Counted from the stretch's first letter, positions 48,718 to 57,977 are shown. The stretch is DNA of 64,000 bases from Minisyncoccota bacterium (GCA_036400935.1 DASWWW010000003.1:101083-165082), one strand, 5' to 3'. Numbers and translations: made by a program. The notes: generated by a model from the letters alone, not told the origin.

Positions 48718-48736
48718 TTGTCAATTTTTTTGACAA
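48718..48736. promoter_or_regulatory. Candidate TrmB operator palindrome TTGTCAA-TTTTT-TTGACAA
   Basis: Perfect palindrome (TGTCA-N7-TGACA core) 29 nt upstream of the TrmB4 start. Confidence 0.45.
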
Positions 48737-48856
48737 AATAACCCAAATTCTAAATTATGGCTATAAATATAGATTAAATTTGTATATATAAACAATTACT
48801 TTTGACTATTGTCTCATATACTTTACACTATTCAATATTAATTGTGTTATAAATAT

Positions 48857-49918
48857 ATGAAAAACAAACTGATTTTCCTTGGAGTAGCGATCGCCATCGT
48901 CTGCGTCGGCGTCTTTGTCAACAGGGACTCTTCGCACGAAGTAATAAAGATCGGCGTTGTCGCACCTCTTACTGGACCAGGCTCTGCTTTCGGCAATTCG
49001 CTCGTGAAGGCGATCGAGCTCGCTCAGCGCGATCTTGGAGGCACCAAATATCGCTACGAAGTCGTGATCGAGGACGATGCGACTAATCCCGCGACGTCCG
49101 CGAGCGCGGCGCAGAAAATGATCCAGATAGACGGCGTAAAGGCCATCATCTCTGCTACGTCCGGCAGTGGTAACGCGATCGCGCCCATCGCCGAAGCTTC
49201 GAAAGTGCCGCTCATCTGTATCGCGTGCGCGGACAAAAGGATCGGCACTGGCAAGTACAGCTATACCTCTTCGGTTCAGGTCGAGGACGAAGCAAAGGTC
49301 TTCGTCGATCATGCGGTAAAGAATGGGGCAAAGACCGTCGGCGTCTTGAGCCAGAATCATCCGGGAATAAACGCCGTGGCTGATGCGGTCAAGGCCGAGG
49401 CGATCTCGCGCAATATTCCAGTCGTATACGAGGAAAGGTTCGACGGCAACAACCGCGATTTCAAGACGATCATAAAGAAAGCCGCGGCGGCAAACGCTGA
49501 CATCTATTTCTTGCAGGCATTCCCTCCGGCTCTCGATATCGTGGGCAAGGAATTGGCTGCTCTCGGCGTAAAGAACGTGGCGGGAGGCGCGGGCGCATTC
49601 ACTATCGCGGCTGAGCCGACTTTGTTCGAAGGCAAGTGGTATACCGAGGCTCTCGCCGACGCAGATTTCACCGAGCGATTCTCAAAGGAGTTCCCAGATG
49701 TCCGATTCAACATTCGCACCGGCCCGTATGGCTACGATGCGTTCAATATGCTCGTTCAGGGCTTGGACAAGGATGCTGACATGGCTGCATATCTCGCCGG
49801 CATCGATACATTTGACGGCAAGGTGGGGCAGTACAAGACCGACGGCAACTGGTTCCGCTCGACTCCGGGCGTCTGGATGGTAAAGGACGGAAAGTTCGTA
49901 GTTATTTCGCAGGATTAG
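48857..49918 (+). CDS. LivK-family ABC substrate-binding protein (SBP6)
   Basis: Start MKNKLIFLG (internal to the track ORF 48842). IKIGVVAPLTGPGSAFGNSLVKAIELAQRDLGG. Confidence 0.8.
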   Translation: MKNKLIFLGVAIAIVCVGVFVNRDSSHEVIKIGVVAPLTGPGSAFGNSLVKAIELAQRDLGGTKYRYEVVIEDDATNPATSASAAQKMIQIDGVKAIISATSGSGNAIAPIAEASKVPLICIACADKRIGTGKYSYTSSVQVEDEAKVFVDHAVKNGAKTVGVLSQNHPGINAVADAVKAEAISRNIPVVYEERFDGNNRDFKTIIKKAAAANADIYFLQAFPPALDIVGKELAALGVKNVAGGAGAFTIAAEPTLFEGKWYTEALADADFTERFSKEFPDVRFNIRTGPYGYDAFNMLVQGLDKDADMAAYLAGIDTFDGKVGQYKTDGNWFRSTPGVWMVKDGKFVVISQD

Positions 49919-50663
49919 GCGGAAGCAAATTCCACAGGCACGTGAATACGTGGTCCATCATCTCGGCGATGGCGGGCGAGTCGATGATCATCGAATAGAC
50001 ATCGTCGTCGCGGTGCGAAAAGAGGGCGACCTTCTTGCCATAGACGATAGTCGTGCCTTGGAATGCCTTGCCTGGCATGAATCGCGTTTCGCGGTGGCTG
50101 TCGGATGCATAGTTTTTGGGTGTACGTCCTTCGAATTCGCCGGGTACGATCATTTTCGTGAATATGCCGAGCTTCTTCTTGTACTCGAGCCTCTGCGGCA
50201 GGATTTTCGGCATATAGTCGGCGAGCTTCGGGTGAGATATGGTGTGGAGCTCGCGGATTCCTTTGAGGTGAGGGTTGTTGTATACGTCCTCGATGACGAT
50301 TTTCACGCCCTCGGCTCCCGTATAGGTCTGAACTGAAGACGTGTGCGAGGCGTCCTTTGACAGGCCCTGGAGAAGGGGAAGGACGGAGTCGAGGAGGCTT
50401 TGCTTTTCCTCGAGGTCGCGCGACAGGCGGCTCGGATCTGCCGACAGGTAGCGCAGGACGTTGTTTTTCTTGTAGGACGAGACGAGCTTTTTCGACTCGA
50501 GCTCCTGGAGGGCGAGGTATACCGTCGAGCGGGGAAGGGCGGTGCCTTTTGCGATAAGAAATGCCGTCAGGTCGGCGCCTTTCTTGTGCTTGAGCATGTG
50601 CAAGTAGACTTTTGCCTGCTTGTCGTCGAGGCCGAGCTCGATAAGGGGTTGAGATAGATTCAT
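49902..50663 (-). CDS. TrmB-family transcriptional regulator (module 5)
   Basis: wHTH (LTAFLIAKGTALPRSTVYLALQELESKKLVSSYKKNNVLRY). Start placed at MNLSQPL; the track start MTVIM would lie inside the palindrome. Confidence 0.7.
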   Translation of the reverse strand: MNLSQPLIELGLDDKQAKVYLHMLKHKKGADLTAFLIAKGTALPRSTVYLALQELESKKLVSSYKKNNVLRYLSADPSRLSRDLEEKQSLLDSVLPLLQGLSKDASHTSSVQTYTGAEGVKIVIEDVYNNPHLKGIRELHTISHPKLADYMPKILPQRLEYKKKLGIFTKMIVPGEFEGRTPKNYASDSHRETRFMPGKAFQGTTIVYGKKVALFSHRDDDVYSMIIDSPAIAEMMDHVFTCLWNLLPPNPAK

Positions 50664-50669
50664 GATTAC

Positions 50670-50686
50670 TGTCATAAATTATGACA
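50670..50686. promoter_or_regulatory. Candidate TrmB operator palindrome TGTCA-TAAATTA-TGACA
   Basis: Perfect TGTCA-N7-TGACA immediately upstream of the TrmB5 start. Confidence 0.45.
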
Positions 50687-50823
50687 CCAATACGCTATCA
50701 TGAAATCTTTATTAAATAAAGATTTTTGACGAATTCTACCAAATAGTGTCCAAAGTATGTGGCTATTATTGCGCCCTTCCATAGAATGGGCCCATAGCTC
50801 ATAACTGCTATACTTCACACATT

Positions 50824-51936
50824 ATGAACAAGAAAAGCATCGTCTGGTTGGTCGTGGTTATTATCGCAATCGCTGTTATCGCAAGCGCGGCCGTCAAGAA
50901 GCCGTCGGCCCAGATTGGCACCCTCAAAGTCGGCGTAATTGCCGTCGAGACTGGCGCCGCGGCATATATCGGCGTATCGACCGAAAAAGGCATCGAGATC
51001 GCCAAGGAGGAGCTCGCCGCAAAGCATCCAGACTTCAGGATCGAGACAATAAACGAGGACAGCATGTTCACGCCCAAGGGTGGCATCGACGCGTACAACA
51101 AATTGCGCGCGACCGACAACATTGACTCGATCATTACCATGGCAAGCAACGTGAGCGTGGCCGTAGAGCCTCTTGCGGCCAAGGATGGCATCCTTCATGT
51201 CGCCGCATCGACCCTCGCTAACGGATACACCACTCCTGAGGACCTTTCGTTTAGGCTTACGGCCAAGGGAGATCTCGAGGCCGGTCCGGCTCTCGCGTAT
51301 CTCAAGGGCAAGGGCGTCACGAAGCTCGGCATTCTCGCCATGCAGAACGAGATCGGCGTCTCATTGCGCGACTCTCTCAAGGCGCAGGCTGCGGATTACG
51401 GCATAACGATCGTCATCGAGGAGAATTATCCTGCTGATGCGACCGATTGGAGGACGTCCCTTATAAAAGTCCGCCAGGCAAAGCCGGAGGCACTCTATCT
51501 GGCAGCCCTCGCGGCGCATTCAGCGCAGATTCTCAAGCAGGCCGACAGCCTCGGTTTCGATCCGCTCTTTATCAGCTATCGCGCGACTGAGGATCCTGCT
51601 CTCATAAAGAATGCAGGTACCCTTGCCGAGAAGCTCGTCTATACGACCTCGTTCGACGCCGAGAACAGCCAGCTTGCCAAGGATTTCGCGGCGGCATACA
51701 AGGCAAAGTATGACGAGGAGGTAAACGGCTATGCGGCTGAGGCGTACGAGTCGATGAAACTTACCGCTGAATCGTTCATGAAATGCGGCAAGGATTATGT
51801 GTGTATTAAGGATTATTTTTTCTCTATAAAGAATCGGCCGTCAGTCCTCGGCCCAATCAGCTTTGACCGGAACGGCGACGTATCGTATCCGTTCATCGTG
51901 AAGACTGTGAGGGAGGGGAAGTTCGTGAAGATATAG
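50824..51936 (+). CDS. LivK-family ABC substrate-binding protein (SBP7)
   Basis: TM anchor plus LKVGVIAVETGAAAYIGVSTEKGIEIAKEELAAKHP. Confidence 0.8.
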   Translation: MNKKSIVWLVVVIIAIAVIASAAVKKPSAQIGTLKVGVIAVETGAAAYIGVSTEKGIEIAKEELAAKHPDFRIETINEDSMFTPKGGIDAYNKLRATDNIDSIITMASNVSVAVEPLAAKDGILHVAASTLANGYTTPEDLSFRLTAKGDLEAGPALAYLKGKGVTKLGILAMQNEIGVSLRDSLKAQAADYGITIVIEENYPADATDWRTSLIKVRQAKPEALYLAALAAHSAQILKQADSLGFDPLFISYRATEDPALIKNAGTLAEKLVYTTSFDAENSQLAKDFAAAYKAKYDEEVNGYAAEAYESMKLTAESFMKCGKDYVCIKDYFFSIKNRPSVLGPISFDRNGDVSYPFIVKTVREGKFVKI

Positions 51937-52698
51937 CTACTTTGAGATATTCCAAAGCCCCATAAAGAAGTCGGTATAGCTTTTCGCGATCCTCTCGCTT
52001 TTAACGGAGAAGACGGCTATCTGGGAGCCGTACATGTAAAAGCAGATTCTGTTGTCATAGATCGTGATGTTGAGGTTCCCGGTAAAGGCGATGGGCATAA
52101 GCCTATATTTAAATAGTGGGCGTCCGTTGTTTTCCCTCAAGAATTCTTTCTGCGACGAGCTGCCAATATACAGGAGTTCGATGCCTTTCTTTTGGCGTTG
52201 ATATTCGTACTCGTCAAAGTATTTTCCGTGATTCTTAACGTATTCGTCGCCGCTACCGCCAAGGACGTACATCTTTGAGCCGGGCCTTGCAGCGCGAAGT
52301 ATCTCAAACTCGTTCGCGACAAAGGCCTCCTGCCCACGATACGATTCGAGCTCTTGGATGTCTGGAATGAGGAAGCTCTTTTCGAGCTGTCTCACGACGC
52401 TATCGGCGATCCTCTTTTTGTGTTCGAAGAAGCCGCCGAGCTTTGATGGGGGATAGGGGAAGAATCTTTTCCTGCCTTTGACGATAGTGTGCCCGGTCAG
52501 GCCTTTTTTCTCGAGAGATACGAGCGTGTCATAGACGAATTGCCTGTGCAGGCCGCTATCCTTCGCGATGGCGGTCGAACCCGACTCGCCGAGCGACAGG
52601 AGGGAGGTGTAGACCTTTGCTTCTTTGCTGCTCAATCCAAGCTCCTTGAGAGAAGAAAAGATCTCGTCCTTTGCGCTGTTGTCAATAATTTGTGACAT
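51937..52698 (-). CDS. TrmB-family transcriptional regulator (module 6)
   Basis: wHTH (LSLGESGSTAIAKDSGLHRQFVYDTLVSLEKKGL). Confidence 0.7.
   Translation of the reverse strand: MSQIIDNSAKDEIFSSLKELGLSSKEAKVYTSLLSLGESGSTAIAKDSGLHRQFVYDTLVSLEKKGLTGHTIVKGRKRFFPYPPSKLGGFFEHKKRIADSVVRQLEKSFLIPDIQELESYRGQEAFVANEFEILRAARPGSKMYVLGGSGDEYVKNHGKYFDEYEYQRQKKGIELLYIGSSSQKEFLRENNGRPLFKYRLMPIAFTGNLNITIYDNRICFYMYGSQIAVFSVKSERIAKSYTDFFMGLWNISK
52680..52697. promoter_or_regulatory. Candidate operator TGTCA-ATAATTTG-TGACA overlapping the TrmB6 start codon
   Basis: TGTCA-N8-TGACA. Shares TGTCAATAAT with the module-3 site. Confidence 0.35.
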
Positions 52699-52744
52699 TG
52701 TTTCCGTTTGAGCCTTATTTGATGGCTATTTTTGTCTGTAATTA

Positions 52745-52765
52745 TGTCATCATAATTTACTGACA
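52745..52765. promoter_or_regulatory. Candidate operator TGTCA-TCATAATTTAC-TGACA upstream of SBP8
   Basis: TGTCA-N11-TGACA, 21 nt upstream of the SBP8 GTG start. Confidence 0.35.
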
Positions 52766-52785
52766 CTAAAAAAACAAGTGTTATA

Positions 52786-53856
52786 GTGCACAATATGAAA
52801 AGAATATTGTACATAGCAGGTAGTGTCGCGGTCATAGCGATTTTGATTATTTCAAACGGAGGCTCGAACGCCAATAAGGACAGGGAGATCGTCATTGGCG
52901 CGGCCCTGTCGCTTTCGGGCGCGGCTGTTCAGGATGGCGAGAGCATCAAGAGCGGCTTGGAGCTCGCGCGGGCAGACCTCAAGGCGGAGGGGATCGAAGT
53001 TAGGATAATTTATCAAGACGACAAGACTGAGCCGAAAAATGTCGTTGGCTCCATAAATGCTCTCGCGGCTCAGGGGGTGGAGGCGATTGTCGGGCCGACC
53101 TGGAGCTATTTGGCGGATGCCGGCGTTCCAGTTGCCGACAGCCTGAAAATTGTCACCGTTATGCCCGCAAATACTTCCGAATACGTGAACGCTCGGAGCG
53201 ATTACGCGTTTTATACGACGACAAAGATCGAGAAAATGCTTCCTGTGCTTTCAGAGTGGATATCCGAGAGGGACAAGAAGAAAGTGGCTGTGATCAGTGG
53301 ACAAGGATCGTGGTATCAGGTTGTGCGCAGCGGCGTTCAGAGGGCGGTCAAGGACGCCGGCGCCGAGATCGTGCTTTCCGAAGAGATCCCTTATGGTGCG
53401 GACTCGTCGGCAATCGCCTCGGCGCTCTCGAAGGTGAAGGCTGCCAAGGCAGATGTTCTCTTTTTCGAGGTGGATGACGAGCAGGCGATATTCTCGATGC
53501 TCAAGAAAGTCAGGGAGCAGAAGATTCCCGTAGACATACTGTCGGTCACTACCGCTGTCGAAAGGGTCAAGGGTGATTTGAAGATAGATAATGGCGTATA
53601 CGCGCTTGCGCCCGAAACTTCCGAGGAGTTCAAGGCGAAATATGAGGCAGCCTACGGCAAGCTGGCTCCTGCTTATGCCGACAGCGCGTACGATTCTCTC
53701 ATGCTTCTCGTGGACGCGATAAGGAATAGGGATGAAATGACCCTTGCCTCATATCTCAGGTTCGAGACCGACTACAAGGGCTTTGCCAAAGAGTACGATT
53801 TTGACGCTCGCGGCGACATCATCGGCGGCGCCTGGGTCGTAAGGGATCTGCGCTAA
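52786..53856 (+). CDS. LivK-family ABC substrate-binding protein (SBP8)
   Basis: GTG start, or MKRIL at about 52795. REIVIGAALSLSGAAVQDGESIKSGLELARADLKAEG. Confidence 0.75.
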   Translation: MHNMKRILYIAGSVAVIAILIISNGGSNANKDREIVIGAALSLSGAAVQDGESIKSGLELARADLKAEGIEVRIIYQDDKTEPKNVVGSINALAAQGVEAIVGPTWSYLADAGVPVADSLKIVTVMPANTSEYVNARSDYAFYTTTKIEKMLPVLSEWISERDKKKVAVISGQGSWYQVVRSGVQRAVKDAGAEIVLSEEIPYGADSSAIASALSKVKAAKADVLFFEVDDEQAIFSMLKKVREQKIPVDILSVTTAVERVKGDLKIDNGVYALAPETSEEFKAKYEAAYGKLAPAYADSAYDSLMLLVDAIRNRDEMTLASYLRFETDYKGFAKEYDFDARGDIIGGAWVVRDLR

Positions 53857-53953
53857 TTAGCTAAGCGATCAAAGACGCGAGGTGGACAACCATCTCGCGT
53901 TTTTGCATCCATCTGCTATCGTTAAGCCAGCCATTATTAGCTATACATTCCGT

Positions 53954-55102
53954 ATGACCAAAGCGACGAAAGTTATAGGAGCGATTATCATTATCATTCT
54001 CGTGATTTGGGGCATTTCTGCCGCCCAGAAAAAGAACGTAACGTCTCAGGGCCCGGTCAAGATCGGGGGCGCCTATATTCTCTCCGGCCCAGTCGCTCTC
54101 GTTGGCGAGCTTCAGAGGAACGCTACCGCGATGGCCGTAAAGGAAATCAATGACGCTGGCGGAATTAATGGCCGACCGTTCGAGGTTGTCATGGAGGACG
54201 CTCAGTATGAGGCAAAGACAGCCGTAAATGCATATCAGGCTCTCAGGCAGAAGGGTATCAAGTTCATTATCGCCGACGGATCGCCTGTCGCAGCTCCTAT
54301 CCGACCGATGGCCGTCGCTGACGGCAATTTCATGATGGTTCCTGGTGCTACAGCCCCGTCGTATTTTGATGGCGATAATCGCACGTGCCGCATCGCCCTT
54401 ACCGCGAAGAATTTCGGGCCGGCTATCGCTGACGCTCTCGTGGCGAAAGGCTATAAGAAGGTCGCGACTTTCTATCCTGAGAACGAGTCAGGACGCGGAT
54501 TTTATGATGAATTTACCAAGGCTTTTGCCGCAAAGGGCGGGGAGGTTGTCGTTTCGGAATTCTATAGCGCTTCTGGCTCGGGCGACTATCGAACCAATCT
54601 CGCCAAAATAAAGGCGAAGCTCAAGGAAGTCGACGCCATTGTCATGCAACAGGTGCTCAATACTATCGAGCCCATGTTCAAGCAGATGTCAGATCTCGGT
54701 ATCGACAAACCGATCGTTACTGACTACTACACAATCAACAATCCTGCTTTCAAGAATCTCTCGCTCGCAAACGGCATCGAATTCATCGACTACGAGTACG
54801 CCAAGACCGACAAAGCGACTGACAGCAAGCGGGTAAAGGATTTCAAGGCGAATTACCGCGCCCTCTATGACTCCGATCCGACATTCTTCGCCGCTTCTAC
54901 ATACGATTCGATCTACATTATCGCCGATGCAATCAAGGAGGTCGGTGACGACCCTGCCAAAGTTGGCGCATACGTAAGCAAGCTCAAGAATTATCCTGCG
55001 ATTACTGGAACCGTCTCGTTCAATGACGACTGCGAAGTCGACCGAACGATATCATTGAGCAAGGTCGTTGATGGAAGGATCGTTATTAGCGAGAATAAAT
55101 AG
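53954..55102 (+). CDS. LivK-family ABC substrate-binding protein (SBP9)
   Basis: Start MTKATKVIGAIIIIILVIWG (track ORF begins at 53882). VKIGGAYILSGPVALVGELQRNATAMAVKEINDAGGINGRPFEVV. Collinear with SBP5 (identical CRIALTAK, DDCEVDRT, LKNY segments). Confidence 0.8.
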   Translation: MTKATKVIGAIIIIILVIWGISAAQKKNVTSQGPVKIGGAYILSGPVALVGELQRNATAMAVKEINDAGGINGRPFEVVMEDAQYEAKTAVNAYQALRQKGIKFIIADGSPVAAPIRPMAVADGNFMMVPGATAPSYFDGDNRTCRIALTAKNFGPAIADALVAKGYKKVATFYPENESGRGFYDEFTKAFAAKGGEVVVSEFYSASGSGDYRTNLAKIKAKLKEVDAIVMQQVLNTIEPMFKQMSDLGIDKPIVTDYYTINNPAFKNLSLANGIEFIDYEYAKTDKATDSKRVKDFKANYRALYDSDPTFFAASTYDSIYIIADAIKEVGDDPAKVGAYVSKLKNYPAITGTVSFNDDCEVDRTISLSKVVDGRIVISENK

Positions 55103-55105
55103 TCT

Positions 55106-56245
55106 ATGAGCAAAGTTCTTAAAATAACTGCGGGCGCTGTAGTTCTGATCCTTATCGTCTGGGGTATTATTGCGAGCAGCAAAAAAGATGTTGTATCGAC
55201 CGAGCCGATCAAGCTTGGCGTCTCCACGATCCTTTCGAGCGACTGGGCGGCGTTGGGCCAGAATATAGTGAATGCCTCGAAGCTTGCTGTCGAGGAAATC
55301 AATGCTCGCGGCGGCATAGACGGCCGGACTGTCGAGTTGGTGATCGAAGATGCCGGCCTCGACAGCAAAGCGGGGCTTTCCGCGGCTCAGAAGCTCGTGA
55401 ACGTCGATAAGGTTAAGTACATTATCGGTGGAACCTCGAGCAATGGAACCATGGCAGCGGCGCCTGTGGTAAATCAGGGCAAGGCGGTTTATTTAACTCC
55501 GGTCACTGGTGGTTCGAACGTCGACAATGCCGGAGACTATGTATTCAGGACAGCGAACTCGGATTTGCTCGCGGGTAGGGATTTGGCTTCAGCCGCTTTT
55601 CGACTTGGATACAAGAATGTTGCCACGATCTCCGAAGTCACCGAATACACTCTCGACATAAAGAAGACATTCGAAGCGTCTTTCAAGGAATTGGGCGGAA
55701 TGATCGCGTCCTCTGAGGAATTTCAGCCAGGAACGTCGGATTTCAGAACTATCGTAGCCAAAGTTAAGGCTTCGAAGCCTGACGCTACGCTTGTCCTGTC
55801 TCAGACCGGAACAGGTGGCGCGAAGTTTATAAAGCAGGCTCGAGAGGCGGGAATCGTTGTTCCGCTTTTCTCTGACTTCACATTCATAACTAATGGGGAT
55901 GCCAAGGGAATTGTCGGCTCGTTCGAAGGCGCTTATTTCGCGGATCCCGCATACGATGCAAATTCGGCAACGACGATTGCTTTCTTCAAGAAATATAAGG
56001 ATGCATACAAGGCAGATCCACTTATTCCTTTCCATGCCGCCTCTGCATACGACTCGATTATGATGATCGCTGATGCAATCGATGCGGTTGGCGACAACAG
56101 CGCCAAGGTTCAGACGTGGCTTTCGACTAAAGTTCAGGACAGGAAGGGCTTGATGGGAACGTATTCGATCGATGCCAAGGGAAATTCCGATCTCGGATTC
56201 GTGATAAAGCAGGTAAAAGGGGATAAATTCGTCGAAGTTAAATAA
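55106..56245 (+). CDS. LivK-family ABC substrate-binding protein (SBP10)
   Basis: TM anchor plus IKLGVSTILSSDWAALGQNIVNASKLAVEEINARGGIDGRTVELV. Confidence 0.8.
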   Translation: MSKVLKITAGAVVLILIVWGIIASSKKDVVSTEPIKLGVSTILSSDWAALGQNIVNASKLAVEEINARGGIDGRTVELVIEDAGLDSKAGLSAAQKLVNVDKVKYIIGGTSSNGTMAAAPVVNQGKAVYLTPVTGGSNVDNAGDYVFRTANSDLLAGRDLASAAFRLGYKNVATISEVTEYTLDIKKTFEASFKELGGMIASSEEFQPGTSDFRTIVAKVKASKPDATLVLSQTGTGGAKFIKQAREAGIVVPLFSDFTFITNGDAKGIVGSFEGAYFADPAYDANSATTIAFFKKYKDAYKADPLIPFHAASAYDSIMMIADAIDAVGDNSAKVQTWLSTKVQDRKGLMGTYSIDAKGNSDLGFVIKQVKGDKFVEVK

Positions 56246-56962
56246 ATGCAAAAGGAAATCCTCCTAAAACTCGATAACGTGTCCGTCCATTACGGCGGAG
56301 TAAAGGCTCTTGATGGGGCTTCTGTTCAGATTGATGAGGGAGAGGTCATCGCTCTCATGGGCCCGAACGGCGCGGGTAAGTCTACCGTGCTCAAGGCGCT
56401 CTTCGGCATTGCTCCGATCGAATCGGGCCGTGTTGTATGGCGCGAGAAGGCAATAAAGCCCCTCTCACACGAGATGGTCGAGCGCGGCGTGGCATTTGTA
56501 CCGCAGGGCAGGCGCGTCTTCAAGCACCTGACCGTTCGAGAGAATCTCGAGGTTGGCGGATATTCAGTAAAGGATACGAAGCTCGTCGCAAAGCGTGTCG
56601 ATGAAGTGCTCGAGCTCTTCCCTGTGCTCAAGCAAAAGATCAAGGCGAAGTCAGGAACCCTTTCCGGCGGCCAGCAGCAGATGCTCGCCATTGCCCGAGG
56701 CCTGATGATCGACCCGAAAGTCCTCCTTCTCGACGAGCCGACCCTCGGCCTTGCTCCGAAAGTCGTTCTCGAGGTCTTTGCCAAGATAAAGGAGATAAAC
56801 GAGCGCCGCGGCATTGCCGTCGTGGTCGTAGAGCACAACCTGAAATCCCTTATGGCTATAGCCTCGCGCGCCTATGTCATGGACAAGGGCAAGGTCGCCT
56901 TTAGCGGTTCCGCAAAAGAGGTCGTGGACAGCGACATCCTCAAGAAAATCTTTACCCGATAA
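56246..56962 (+). CDS. ABC transporter ATP-binding protein (LivF-like)
   Basis: Walker A GPNGAGKSTVLKAL, signature LSGGQQQMLAIARGLM, Walker B LLLDEPTLGL. Confidence 0.85.
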   Translation: MQKEILLKLDNVSVHYGGVKALDGASVQIDEGEVIALMGPNGAGKSTVLKALFGIAPIESGRVVWREKAIKPLSHEMVERGVAFVPQGRRVFKHLTVRENLEVGGYSVKDTKLVAKRVDEVLELFPVLKQKIKAKSGTLSGGQQQMLAIARGLMIDPKVLLLDEPTLGLAPKVVLEVFAKIKEINERRGIAVVVVEHNLKSLMAIASRAYVMDKGKVAFSGSAKEVVDSDILKKIFTR

Positions 56963-56988
56963 CCGCCGTGGCATGGGCGGTTTTTCTG
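56961..56988 (+). terminator. Rho-independent terminator closing the SBP/Liv array
   Basis: ACCGCC-gtggcatg-GGCGGT followed by TTTTT. Confidence 0.6.
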
Positions 56989-57023
56989 TGGTTTAATACC
57001 CTTAATTACTCATCAATACAAAT

Positions 57024-57959
57024 ATGGAACCAGTACCACAGTCAGAGACGGTAGCTGCGCCAGTCGCGGCGAAGGCAGTTTGGCCGACATCTTATTCGAT
57101 CCTTGCGCAGGCTCTCGCATTCTATAAGAAGCACGCAAAGGCTTTCTTTATGATCGGCCTTATCCCGTCCGGGCTCACTATTATCATAGCTGCCTTGCTG
57201 CCGGTCCTTGACGGCGCGTCACCATTGGCTGCTGTAGCCGCGCTCGTTACGATCATCCTCAGTATTGCGGCCGGAGTTGTCGGCATCGTCAATCAGATTG
57301 CCGTCATCAAGTCGGTCGATTCTCTCGACAAGAATGAGGCGGTCAACGTTAAGGCGGTATACAAGCTTGGATTCGCTCTCTTTTTCCCGATGCTTTGGGT
57401 GAGCATCCTGAGCGGTCTCGTTACGAGCGGTGGATTGGTCGCATTGATCGTGCCGGGCATTATCCTCGGAATCTACGTCGTGTTTGCCCTCTATGTAATG
57501 GTTTTGGAAGGCAAGAGGGGAATGGCATCCTTGGTTCAGAGCATGGCGTACGCAAAGGGCCAGGCGATGGAGGTCTTCAAGAAGTCGGTCTATTTCGGAT
57601 TGGCGAGCATCGTGCTCTATGTCTTTATCTTGGCTATCCTTGCTGTAGCATCCCTGATCGCTACGAACGATATGACAACTATATTCACGATCATATCCGA
57701 CAGGGCTCCTCTCACTTTCGGCAAAGTCGTTTACACGACGGTTTCGGATATTCTTGCTTACACCGTCTTCCTCCCGATTTATTTCACCTACGGCTACTTC
57801 ATGTACAAGCAGGCTCGCGCGGCGAAGGAGTCCAACCCTGCAACCGATGCCGAGAAGGCGAAGTACGGCAAGACTCTTGTTATCTGGAGCATCGTCGGTA
57901 TTGTAGCGGTCGTGGCCCTTGTCGCGGTCATGGCCATGAGCGTGCTCGCATTGCGGTAG
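57024..57959 (+). CDS. Hypothetical polytopic membrane protein
   Basis: About 6-7 predicted TM helices. No recognised catalytic motif. Confidence 0.5.
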   Translation: MEPVPQSETVAAPVAAKAVWPTSYSILAQALAFYKKHAKAFFMIGLIPSGLTIIIAALLPVLDGASPLAAVAALVTIILSIAAGVVGIVNQIAVIKSVDSLDKNEAVNVKAVYKLGFALFFPMLWVSILSGLVTSGGLVALIVPGIILGIYVVFALYVMVLEGKRGMASLVQSMAYAKGQAMEVFKKSVYFGLASIVLYVFILAILAVASLIATNDMTTIFTIISDRAPLTFGKVVYTTVSDILAYTVFLPIYFTYGYFMYKQARAAKESNPATDAEKAKYGKTLVIWSIVGIVAVVALVAVMAMSVLALR

Positions 57960-57977
57960 GTCGGCAGGCTCTTCAGC

